From Planctomycetota bacterium (GTDB lineage Bacteria > JAJVIF01 > JAPKYR01), in the NCBI GenBank assembly GCA_030614715.1, contig JAUWTM010000002.1:17334-81333 (forward strand): a DNA stretch of 64,000 bases, in the 5' to 3' direction. A program made the position numbers and the translations under genes. A model generated the notes under the pieces. It made no database searches. It saw only the letters and a program-made list of their open reading frames with translations, and was not told the DNA's origin. Below, in pieces: positions 1 to 9,400 of the stretch. Position 1 is the first letter of the stretch. Each line of letters starts with the position of its first letter.

Positions 1-9
1 GGAAAGAAA

Positions 10-516
10 GTGATGCTCAGGTCACATAAACAAATAGAACGAAGGAATGGAAAAGACGGTCTCCAGGCTGGCTTCACGCTGGTCGAAGTTCTGACCGTCG
101 CATCGATAATCGCTATCCTTTCAACGATGGCGGTTGTCAGCATGCGCGGCGGCAGGAGGATCGCCTTTGAGACCAGGGCAATCGCCGGGCTCAAGAATGT
201 CGCGGAAAACGAGGTAATTTACTACCAGCGTTACGGTGATTACGGTTACTGGAATGATCTCGTGAACGAGGAAGACCTCATCGACCCGGGTTATGACAGG
301 GTGGACACGCTGTCCGATCCGTACGACTCACCGCTCGCAAACCTGTACTCCATGGCATTCAGCATTACACCTAACCGCCAGAGATTTACCGTCGTTGCGT
401 ATCCAATGCAGGAGTCCGTCTGGCACATGAGGACTTACGCGGTGACGTCGGACGGCGGCATACTGAATTCGAAAGATCACGGATCGTTCTTCTCGGGACT
501 CTATATCGCCCCGTAA
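10..516 (+). CDS. Type IV pilin / pseudopilin paralog 1 (prepilin-type N-terminal cleavage/methylation domain)
   Basis: N-terminus ...LQAG|FTLVEVLTVASIIAILSTMAVV has Gly-1, Phe+1 and Glu+5 followed by a hydrophobic helix, i.e. a class III signal. The frame is open to the window edge, so the start (GTG 10 / ATG 13) is provisional. Confidence 0.8.
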   Translation: MMLRSHKQIERRNGKDGLQAGFTLVEVLTVASIIAILSTMAVVSMRGGRRIAFETRAIAGLKNVAENEVIYYQRYGDYGYWNDLVNEEDLIDPGYDRVDTLSDPYDSPLANLYSMAFSITPNRQRFTVVAYPMQESVWHMRTYAVTSDGGILNSKDHGSFFSGLYIAP

Positions 517-614
517 CGGGCTGTCCGGGGACGAACGAACTATTGATGGTATAGCAGTAGACTTGAAGATGACAACGCGATGGTCCCGGTCTTAATGATC
601 GGGCGCGGAGGATT

Positions 615-1055
615 ATGATGAATAAATCCCTCAAGCCGGAAGAAACTTGTCCCAGAGGGTTCACCCTGATCGAAGTACTGGTGGTGGCAAGTATCATCGG
701 AATACTGGCTGCCATAGCGATCCCCTCGCTGGCCGGTTCCAGGAGGAGCGCGCTCGAATCGGCGTGCCTGAAATCGCTGAGGAGTATCACGGACGCTGAG
801 GAAATGCACTACCGTGATAATTTCCAGTACACCGCCACCTGGACCGCACTGGACGACTATCTTCCCAGGGCTTACTCGGGATGGGCGCGCAAACGGTTCT
901 TTATCGAGAACTACTCACTGGAGTTCCGGACTGCATATTCTATGCAGCGTTATACCGTTCACGCGTGGCCCACTGACAACACGCTGAGGTTGAGCACGTT
1001 CGTAATCATGGACGATGCGATTCCACTGAGGGATGATTACGTCCCTGTGAGGTAA
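615..1055 (+). CDS. Type IV pilin / pseudopilin paralog 2
   Basis: CPRG|FTLIEVLVVASIIGILAAIAIPSL prepilin motif with Glu+5. The post-helix segment (RRSALESACLKSLRSITDAEEMHY) is homologous to the three neighbouring pilins. Confidence 0.85.
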   Translation: MMNKSLKPEETCPRGFTLIEVLVVASIIGILAAIAIPSLAGSRRSALESACLKSLRSITDAEEMHYRDNFQYTATWTALDDYLPRAYSGWARKRFFIENYSLEFRTAYSMQRYTVHAWPTDNTLRLSTFVIMDDAIPLRDDYVPVR

Positions 1056-1071
1056 AACGGTACGTTTTAAC

Positions 1072-1659
1072 ATGCCAACGATCGAGCGAAATAGAAAGCA
1101 GTCCCAGTTGGGCTATTCTTTGATAGAGATGCTCATCGTGACTGCGCTTATCACGATTCTCGCCACGATCCCTATCGCTCTTCTCAGAAGGAGCCGGGAG
1201 AAAACATACGAGCTGGAGGCGTTGAGGTCACTCAGGATGGTCGCCCTGGCGTATGAGAATTATTACAACCAGTACGGGCACAAGTACCCGCACTACCACT
1301 CGACTGGAATGTTATCGGAGGACATAGAGTTCACGTCTGCCGAAGATATCTGGGACACGATTATCGATTACAATCTCCTGCCCCATCTGTACTCAGGCAG
1401 GTCGCATAACAGGAGAGACCTGCTGGCAAGGGGATACCAGTTCACAATCTTTGCGGCCGACTCGGGCATCGTCCCCGGGGACGGGGTGAAAAACAGTTAT
1501 GCCTTCGCGATGCTGCCGTATGAAAGCAGCATTGCCGGTAACCGCGGCCTTGCCATGGTGCAGGGTAACAAGTTTTATTCGAGCTATCCAAGCGCACTTC
1601 CTCGAAATATACCTGGCACACAGATGTACAGTTTGAGAGTTTATTCGATGGGTGATTAA
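1072..1659 (+). CDS. Type IV pilin / pseudopilin paralog 3
   Basis: SQLG|YSLIEMLIVTALITILATIPIALL prepilin motif (Tyr+1, Glu+5). Homologous helix segment EKTYELEALRSLRMVALAYENYY. Confidence 0.8.
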   Translation: MPTIERNRKQSQLGYSLIEMLIVTALITILATIPIALLRRSREKTYELEALRSLRMVALAYENYYNQYGHKYPHYHSTGMLSEDIEFTSAEDIWDTIIDYNLLPHLYSGRSHNRRDLLARGYQFTIFAADSGIVPGDGVKNSYAFAMLPYESSIAGNRGLAMVQGNKFYSSYPSALPRNIPGTQMYSLRVYSMGD

Positions 1660-1665
1660 ATCCGA

Positions 1666-2304
1666 TTGGAACATTTTAAAGCCAATTGGAGGATATTAAA
1701 ATTGATTAAAAGAGTCCGGGAATTTCTGCCGAAACACAACCCAAGGGGCTACACGATGGTCGAGCTCCTGACGGTTGCGGCTATTATCTCGATCCTGGCT
1801 GCGATTTCATTCGCTCTGATTGCCAGGATGAAATCCCAGGCTATCGAGACCAACGCGATGGCGATGCTGAACTCCATTGCCACGGGTTACGAGATGTACT
1901 GGTTCGATAACCACTCGTACCCGCAATGGGGGCCCGGACAGCCGTTCGGAGAGCCATCGGAGATTATCGATCATTTAATAGCGGAGGAATTTATTCCGAG
2001 ATCCTGGGGCACTTATACAATCGATGCTGACACTGGATACCTTTTCGGAATGACCCAGGATTACGCAGTTGAGATACCACGGTATGAGTCGGGAGATTCG
2101 ACAACTTCGAGCCAGAACACGTACTTTATTATCCTGCATCCGGTACGGTTTCAGCGGGATGCACTGGCTATCGGAAACAGCCCGCTGGCGAGTCGGCCAT
2201 CACTCAACCAGTGGATCGCAGTGCGGCCGAGACGGGGCCGTGAGGGCGGAAATTACAGAGCCTATGATCTCATGGTGTACCGTCGAGTGGACGACGGACG
2301 GTAA
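1666..2304 (+). CDS. Type IV pilin / pseudopilin paralog 4
   Basis: NPRG|YTMVELLTVAAIISILAAISFALI prepilin motif. TTG start as given by the ORF track, so the exact start is uncertain. Confidence 0.8.
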   Translation: MEHFKANWRILKLIKRVREFLPKHNPRGYTMVELLTVAAIISILAAISFALIARMKSQAIETNAMAMLNSIATGYEMYWFDNHSYPQWGPGQPFGEPSEIIDHLIAEEFIPRSWGTYTIDADTGYLFGMTQDYAVEIPRYESGDSTTSSQNTYFIILHPVRFQRDALAIGNSPLASRPSLNQWIAVRPRRGREGGNYRAYDLMVYRRVDDGR

Positions 2305-2440
2305 GCTTGCCGGGGGGCAGGTTCACAAGATGGGGAGATTGAATTTAACAACAGGGACCGAGGGATTGCCATTAAATGGATCCGGATTTTTAATCCCCCT
2401 CGGACGTAGTTTTTCAGCATTTTGGGCGGCTGAAACACGC

Positions 2441-2469
2441 TTGACTTGTTTTCCTTTATATAGTATTGT
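2441..2469 (+). promoter_or_regulatory. Candidate sigma70-type promoter upstream of pilM
   Basis: TTGACT (2441-2446), 17-nt spacer, TATTGT (2464-2469), inside the 300-nt gap between pilin 4 and pilM. Confidence 0.4.
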
Positions 2470-2606
2470 GACGCGGACCGGGGGCGCAGCCTGCAAAGCC
2501 GGATGAGATATTTATCAGAACAGGTAAATGTCTTTATTTTTTTTCAGACCAACCGGCTCCTCCCCCAGTCCCGGTGAATCGATAAACTGATACAGAGGAC
2601 GGCCAA

Positions 2607-3809
2607 TTGGCACCGCTATTTAATATTGCACCCAAGCGCGCCTTAGGCATCCATGTCGGTCCGGCCCAGATTAAGTTGGTCGAGATCGAGCGGGTGCGTG
2701 AGCCTGTTATCGTGAACATGATCTGGGAGGAGACACCTCCCGAGGCTTATGTCGGTAACAGGCTGGAAAACCCGTCTGCCCTGGCGTCTGCACTGATCCG
2801 AATCCTCCAGACACACCGGATCAAGACCAAGATCGCGATTGGCGCGGTCGATGGTTCCGAGGTCATAACCCGGAACATTGTCCTTCCCAACATGCCCATC
2901 AAGGAGCTGAGGAAAGCCATACTGTTCGAGACGGAAGCCAGCCTTCCGTCGGGTACAGGTGACAATGTCCTGGATTACTCGATCCTGAGGATCTTCACCA
3001 GTGATGATGACAAAGCTGAGAAGGTGGAGGCGCTGATTGTCTCAGCGCAGAAGCAGCCACTCGGGCTCATGGTGGAAGCATTCCTCGAAGCGGGGCTGAG
3101 ACCGATTGCACTGGATCTGACACCGGTCGCAGCGTTGAGAGCTGAAAAACGCTCCCCCGCTATCATGGAGCGTGGTGGTGAATTCATCCAGATCACCATC
3201 AACGACAAATGTACCGACCTGACTATCGTGTTCGACCACGAGGCCAGGATCCTCCGATCAATTCCGATCGGAAGCGTCGGATTCGTCGATGCCCTCGGCC
3301 AGAAGCACCTGTTCGATGCAGGTCTTGCGGATGACGAGGGCAAGACGGCTGCGCAGATGGCTGCGGAGGACGAGGATCTTGGAATCGAGGAGGATGGTGA
3401 CAAGCTGGAATTCGGTGCGTTCGGTGAGGACCCGTTCTCCGCTGAAATGACCATTGGTGAAGAGGTCGAGGTGCAGGAGAGCGTTGGCGAACTGGACGAG
3501 CTGGCAAGACTGAACCCTCTCATGACCGAGCTGGTCGATGAGACTCTGAATACAATCCGTTACGGTCAGTCGTTTGGAAAGGACCGATCTGAAATCAGTT
3601 ACGGTGTCCTGAACGGCTACTACCCATACGGCGAGAATTTCATCCGTTCGATGTCAGACAAGCTGGGAATCCCGATCATACCGGGTGACCCGCTGTCGGG
3701 TGTCGACATTGTCGATACGGGAATCCGTGAAGACCTAGTAAAATATTTTGCCCCGGATTTTAGTTGTGCCGTGGGCCTTGCTCTGAGGGGGATACATCAG
3801 TTTGGATAG
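2607..3809 (+). CDS. pilM: Type IV pilus assembly protein PilM (actin-like ATPase fold)
   Basis: N-terminus LGIHVGPAQIKLVEIER resembles the PilM N-terminal motif, and the gene sits directly upstream of a pilN-like gene with a 8-nt overlap. Contains an acidic insertion (DDEGKTAAQMAAEDEDLGIEEDGDKLEF...). TTG start with GAGGA 9 nt upstream. Confidence 0.8.
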   Translation: MAPLFNIAPKRALGIHVGPAQIKLVEIERVREPVIVNMIWEETPPEAYVGNRLENPSALASALIRILQTHRIKTKIAIGAVDGSEVITRNIVLPNMPIKELRKAILFETEASLPSGTGDNVLDYSILRIFTSDDDKAEKVEALIVSAQKQPLGLMVEAFLEAGLRPIALDLTPVAALRAEKRSPAIMERGGEFIQITINDKCTDLTIVFDHEARILRSIPIGSVGFVDALGQKHLFDAGLADDEGKTAAQMAAEDEDLGIEEDGDKLEFGAFGEDPFSAEMTIGEEVEVQESVGELDELARLNPLMTELVDETLNTIRYGQSFGKDRSEISYGVLNGYYPYGENFIRSMSDKLGIPIIPGDPLSGVDIVDTGIREDLVKYFAPDFSCAVGLALRGIHQFG

Positions 3810-4410
3810 AAAAGATAGACTGATTAACCTTCTCCCTGAGGAGTACCTGCCGGAGCCTGAATTCAAAGCGTTCCCCATCTTCGCTGCCGCGTTGATTATC
3901 CTGAGTATCCTGTTCGTCTGGTTCCAGTACAAGAACGATGAAACCGTAGTCAAGCAGGTCAAGACCGACCTGCAGACTGTGCAGGCACGGGTCGACAGTC
4001 AGAAGGAAGAGGCGCAGGAATTCCTGAGTATTCAGGCGAACGCGCGGTTCATCCGGAGTTACCTGGCTATCATTCCGACGGTCGTTATGGAATCGCCGGA
4101 TTACTGGGAAATTTACAACGATATCGAGAAGAACCTTCCCGAGGATACATGGGTAACACGTATCGCGTTCACTGGCAGCAGGGGACCGTTCCCGGGCCTG
4201 ACCGTGGACTTCCTCTCAAGGGGATACAGCTTTAACGGGCCTCTTCAGACGTTTGACAGCCTGAAGGGGACCGCCGAATCACCCACGAGGTTCAAGAATC
4301 TCAGGATGGGTGGTTACTCGAGAACAAATCTTGGCGGAACGACAGCAGCGACATTTACCATCCTCATGGACGTCCGGTTGCCCAACGAACCGGGCCTGTA
4401 TGAAGAATAA
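3802..4410 (+). CDS. pilN: Type IV pilus assembly protein PilN
   Basis: LINLLPEEY motif near the N-terminus followed by a single TM helix (FPIFAAALIILSILFVWF). Position after pilM. Confidence 0.75.
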   Translation: MDRKDRLINLLPEEYLPEPEFKAFPIFAAALIILSILFVWFQYKNDETVVKQVKTDLQTVQARVDSQKEEAQEFLSIQANARFIRSYLAIIPTVVMESPDYWEIYNDIEKNLPEDTWVTRIAFTGSRGPFPGLTVDFLSRGYSFNGPLQTFDSLKGTAESPTRFKNLRMGGYSRTNLGGTTAATFTILMDVRLPNEPGLYEE

Positions 4411-4437
4411 AGAGGCAGCGGAGGTGAACGACTAAAC

Positions 4438-5295
4438 ATGAATCCATATGCAAAAATAGCGATCAAAGTATCAGTCGTAATCCTTATATGCCTCATGTTC
4501 CTGCTGGCATATAACATTCTCGGGCATTCGGTCTTCATGAAACAGAAAAGAAACCTGACGAACGAGAAAAACATTCAGGATGAGATCTCCAGGCAACTTG
4601 CAGGGCTGCTGGAGTACAAGGATATTCTTCCGCAGATACGTCACGTCCAGCTGCAGGATCTGCAGACTCTCAGGAACCTGATGCCCGACGCCGATGAGTT
4701 TGTGATGACAAGTTATCTCAGGCTCATTCACGGCATGCTTGCTGAAAACCATCTTGAGACCAACGGCATCTCGATCACCGGCAGGCCCGCTCCCACTGGT
4801 GGGTCAGATTTCAATTCCGCTTTCACTTCAGACATTACCGCGCTCCAGGAAGACCTTAACAAGATCAAGGCCGCACTGACAATGTTCACGGAGCGCATGG
4901 ATGAAATGAACAACCTCCTTATCAGCTTCCAGTTCTACGAGCAGTTATCGACTGACGCTGAGAACTTTACGGTGATTGCCGGTGGGATTGAGACGCATGT
5001 TTTCAGCATGCGGGTCGTTGGTTCATACGAAGACATTAAAAAATTCGCATACGAAATATTCAATATGCGTCCGCATACTGCCCTGGTTAATTTCCAGATG
5101 GCACCTGCCGGTGCCGGGTTTGGTGCTACGCGCCCATATGGCGCGTCGTTCCGGCTGGTGACCTACGGTGACGCCAATAATCCGCCGCCGCTCTGGCTGG
5201 CACATAACCAGGGAATTCCTGAGGTTTTCGCGGACGACGAAGAAGTAGAGGATGACGGCGAAGGAGATACTGACGATGAAGGGGGAACGGAATAA
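4438..5295 (+). CDS. pilO: PilO-like pilus assembly protein
   Basis: N-terminal TM helix then a coiled-coil-like segment. Third position of the pilMNOPQ order. Acidic C-terminal tail (DDEEVEDDGEGDTDDEGG). Call rests on position and topology. Confidence 0.5.
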   Translation: MNPYAKIAIKVSVVILICLMFLLAYNILGHSVFMKQKRNLTNEKNIQDEISRQLAGLLEYKDILPQIRHVQLQDLQTLRNLMPDADEFVMTSYLRLIHGMLAENHLETNGISITGRPAPTGGSDFNSAFTSDITALQEDLNKIKAALTMFTERMDEMNNLLISFQFYEQLSTDAENFTVIAGGIETHVFSMRVVGSYEDIKKFAYEIFNMRPHTALVNFQMAPAGAGFGATRPYGASFRLVTYGDANNPPPLWLAHNQGIPEVFADDEEVEDDGEGDTDDEGGTE

Positions 5296-5346
5296 TCCGT
5301 TAGCCCATGTGTCGGTACTTCGACAGGAAGACCGGGTGATGAAATT

Positions 5347-6339
5347 ATGAACAAACACCCAGGACAAACAAGGGAGATGCACGATAAACTCGGGCGTATC
5401 GCCCCTTACGCGACCATTGTCATTCTGCTGGTCGTCAGCTACTTCGCATTGTTCCATTCAGGCAACGGCTTCATGCAGACTGCTTCAGCTCAGACCCAGC
5501 CTGGACGGATTGGTGAAGCGATAACCGATACAGTGACCGGTGCAGCCGCCGAGCACAGCGGTGACATCGCGGAGGTCGAGGCTGAGCTTGATTCACCTGC
5601 AAGTATGGAAGAAGAAACCGAACCCGCGGGACCACCGGAAATCGACGAAGCTGATCTGCCTCCCGGGGAATCCGCTGAGCTTGGAGTCGATGCCGGCGGA
5701 CAGACCGTTATCGATATCCGCGAGGGGACACCGTATTACACGAATGCTGAAGGTGTAGGCGGGAATGAGTTCATTGAAATGGATGAGGACGAAATCCGTC
5801 TGATTCTGATGGAAGTGGATGCGATTATGGGCTCAGAGGCAATAGTCAACTCGCTGATGCCTCTGGTACTCAGGTTCCAGGAGATGGTTAGTCCTCCCGT
5901 TGACCCAAGGACCTTCGGTGAGAATCCACCCTGGACTTCGGAATCCAGGCGTTACAGCCCCTTCGACCCGGTTGGCATACAGGGCGGTCCGATACGGCGA
6001 AGCGAAGCGGTACCTCCGTTCAGGAACCCGCTTCCGGGAATCGACGTGGTCGTCGATCAGCCGGAAATCAACGCTGAAATGGTGGCCCAGAGCATTTCGC
6101 TGGTTGGAGTAATAGGTGAACCTGGAAGTTACCAGGCCATCCTTACAGCCTTTGGATATGAGCGTCGGGTAGCTATCGGTGACGAGGTCATCACCATTTC
6201 CGAGAAAACATATATCATTTCCGACATCAGCCTGTTGAACATCATTATCACCGACAATAGCAATGAAAGAGATACTGCTGTGATTCCCTTTATCGAACAG
6301 GAGAGAGCCGGCATCGCCGAGATGTCTTTCTCTTATTGA
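5347..6339 (+). CDS. PilP-like periplasmic pilus assembly protein (tentative)
   Basis: TM anchor (IVILLVVSYFALF), a long acidic linker, and a C-terminal beta-rich segment (YQAILTAFGYERRVAIGDEVI...ISDISLLNIIITD). Lies immediately upstream of the secretin. Confidence 0.4.
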   Translation: MNKHPGQTREMHDKLGRIAPYATIVILLVVSYFALFHSGNGFMQTASAQTQPGRIGEAITDTVTGAAAEHSGDIAEVEAELDSPASMEEETEPAGPPEIDEADLPPGESAELGVDAGGQTVIDIREGTPYYTNAEGVGGNEFIEMDEDEIRLILMEVDAIMGSEAIVNSLMPLVLRFQEMVSPPVDPRTFGENPPWTSESRRYSPFDPVGIQGGPIRRSEAVPPFRNPLPGIDVVVDQPEINAEMVAQSISLVGVIGEPGSYQAILTAFGYERRVAIGDEVITISEKTYIISDISLLNIIITDNSNERDTAVIPFIEQERAGIAEMSFSY

Positions 6340-6470
6340 TAAAAGGGATCATTTCTGACACACAGAAAGATACTATTATTATATAAACAGCTTTACGGCA
6401 TACAGTTATTTATCCTTGGCTGTCCGGACTGACACCGGGCATTAAGCACTCAAGGAGCCAGACTCGCCAG

Positions 6471-9400
6471 ATGAGAATCGCGAACCAAACTGGAAGCAAG
6501 ACAAAAACCCCATGGAGGGTATCCGCTCTCCTCACTGTCCTTCTGCTCATACTGCCTCTCACAACCCTGTGGGCGCAGGAGCCTGAGGGACCTGCCGAGG
6601 TGAGTACCGCAGGTGTAGAAGTGACCAACGGAGCCCTGGTCATTGACCTGGGCTTATCGCGTCCCACCGGGGTGAGGTCGTTCAGCCTGACCTCGCCGGA
6701 CAGGATCGTCTTCGATATCGAGGATGCCGTTCTGACGCTTGACGCCGATGCGGTTACATCCTGGGATTCACCCATGGACGGGATCTCGATCCTGTCAATG
6801 GAGCAGTTCTCCGTGGAACCACCCGTCGTACGGGTAATCGCGGAAGCCCCGCTGAGTGAATTCCACACCGATCGAGTCACGGAGCCTGACAGGGTCAGGC
6901 TTGCTATATTCCAGGGTATCAGCCCGTTTGTGGATTCGGGACCGGGTGAACCACCTGCGAACATGATCCCGATTATCGAACGGTTCTGGCATGAAAACCT
7001 GGATAACGGCAGCGACCTGTTCGTCCTGGACTTCTCGTTCGGTGTCGTTCTGCCGCAGGTTCGAATCGAAAGCCCGACCGTCCTTCTTCTGAGGTTCCCG
7101 GGCGCTGACATACTTCTCCCGGCTTCAGCACCGATGAATTTCGCTACCAGTGTTGATGGAAGTGTCGTCAACCTGATGCGCGCTGAACGCTTGATCACAT
7201 CCGACGCTACCACTTCGGAGATCCGTCTCACCGTACCCGACACAACCAGGATCGGATACACGCTCGAGACTCGTTCGGATGACACGCTGGAATTCAACAT
7301 CTTCATGGAAGCTGCTCCGGCACCACCGCCAACCCCGCCGGTTGTTGAGGATTCTCCGGATCCGGTGCCGGTACCCATCGAGGGCGGCCAGATCATGGTC
7401 CTTTCGACCAACGAAGGCATTCCAGTTCCATCCGACGCACAGATAAAGGTCAACCGCGTCCAGTTCCAGTCGATCGACAGGGACACTGACCGGTTCTTTA
7501 TCTTCTACGAAGGCGGAGAGCTGGAGCCAAGGGTGCAGAGGTTCAACTATCCGACCAGGATAGCACTGTACTTCCCCGATTCGGCAGTGGTACTGCCGGA
7601 GGACGCCGGTGACAGGTTCAACTCGATTGTCAACGGTGTTCTGGCATCCGAGATGATGGTCGTCAACAGGGTTATCGAGGATGTTGGTCCGGAAGCTCAG
7701 TTCATGTTCTACTTCCCGGACCTTGCGCAGGAGAACATCGGATTCTCGCTCGATTACGTGGATCCCGGAGTACTGCACATCGATTTTTATCACACCGCGA
7801 TACCCATAGACATAGATAGTCCCATCGAGGTTAACACCAGCATCGATGAGGGCGTTCCAGCACCGGTCGATGAGCCGATGCCGGAGCCTGAAGTTATCGA
7901 GGAACCGGTAATAATTGAGGAGCCCGAGGTAATCGAGGAGCCTGAAATTATTGGAGAGCCTGCTCCGGAACCGGAAATCGTTGAGGAGCCGGTAGTGGTT
8001 GAGGAACCGGTTATCATTGAAGAGCCGACCCCATCACTCCCGGTGATCACGATCGTCTCAGGCCAGGCGACAGATAATGTAATCGATTTCGTGATTACCA
8101 CGTCTGAGCCGATGCCTGAACCCCAATGGCTTGAATATCATTACCCGGAGCGTCTGGGACTGCGCTTCCCGCTTGCTGACGTGCAGATTCTTGACGCGGA
8201 CTCCGGTGTCTATACAGCTTATACGCATATACGTGCAGTACCGATCGTCCGCGCGATCATCAAGGACCGCGCTGACGGGCAGCACACCACGCTTACATTC
8301 TCACTTGAGGGTGACATAGAAGAATACACCGGCGAACTCCAGAGAACCGGAAACGAAATTCGAGTAACACTGCGGTACAACCCGGCCATGGTAGTTGAGG
8401 AACCGTTAGTAACGGAACCTGAGCCGCCTGTGGTCGAGGAACCGGTCATTATCGAAGAGCCTGAGATCGTCGAGCCTGAAATTATCGAGGAGCCTGAGGT
8501 AATCGAAGAGCCGGAGATCATTGAGGAGCCTGAAGTAATCGAGGAAGCTCCTCCAGTCGAGGAACCCGTTGTTGTAGAGCCGGTTGAGATCCCTGGCACT
8601 CCCGGTGCACCCGGTGTCCCGCCTTTCCCGGCACCTGAGCCGTCGCGGCCGAGTGTCGAGGTCATCCTTGCCGAGGCTACAGCGGATACCGTGATGTTCC
8701 AGATTACGACGTCCGAGCAGATGCCGATTCCGGAGTGGGTCGAGTACAGGTATCCAGACCGTATTGGCCTGAGATTCCCGCTTGCAGACGCTGTACTTCT
8801 GGGCAGCACGGAACCTCCGATGGCCCAGACGCATAACTCGACCATCCCAATGGTTCGCGCGATCGTGAAGGACCAGGCGGATGAAAGCCACACGACCGTT
8901 ACGTTCACACTTGGCGGCAGTCTGGATGAGTTCACGCAGGAGCTTGACTGGAACGGCACGCAGATGCAGGTCGCTTTCCGCTACACGCCTGTTGTGCCTG
9001 AGGTTGAGGTCGAAATCACATCCGAACCGCCTGTGGTCGATGTGCCGGAACCGGTCCCGGCTGCCATGGAGGAAACTCCCGTGGTAGTTGAGGTCGAGGT
9101 CGAGGCATTACAGGAAGAGCCGGTAGTCGTTGAAGAGGAAGTAATCGAAGAGCCGGTTATTATCGAGGAACCTGAACCTGTTGTTGAGGAACCGGTTGAA
9201 ATAGAAATAGAAATGGAAGTTGAAGCGGAGATCGTTGAGGAAGAGCTGGTTGAGGAAGAAATTGAGCCTCTCGGTCCGACGCAGGTTGAAATTCCTGCTG
9301 AAGTTGAGGACGAATCAATCAGGATCGCTTTCTACAACGAGGAGGAAGTCGAAGACACGGATTACCCGGTTATCAGGATTGCAGAGGAAGAATCTTTCGA

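Noticed and set aside
6410-7486. 358-aa minus-strand ORF overlapping the start of pilQ. Similar long antisense ORFs lie inside pilQ (7125-7793, 8219-8959, 9659-10147).
   Set aside because: These are shadow ORFs of a GC-rich gene. They are Ser/Gly/Thr/Arg-rich with low complexity, have no start context, and the plus-strand frame carries clear secretin/AMIN motifs.
7870-9315. Short tandem repeats (GAGGAGCCTGA[AG]GTAATCGA-like) as a possible non-coding satellite or CRISPR-like array.
   Set aside because: They stay in frame within pilQ, encode EEPE[VI]I linkers, and are interrupted by folded duplicated modules.
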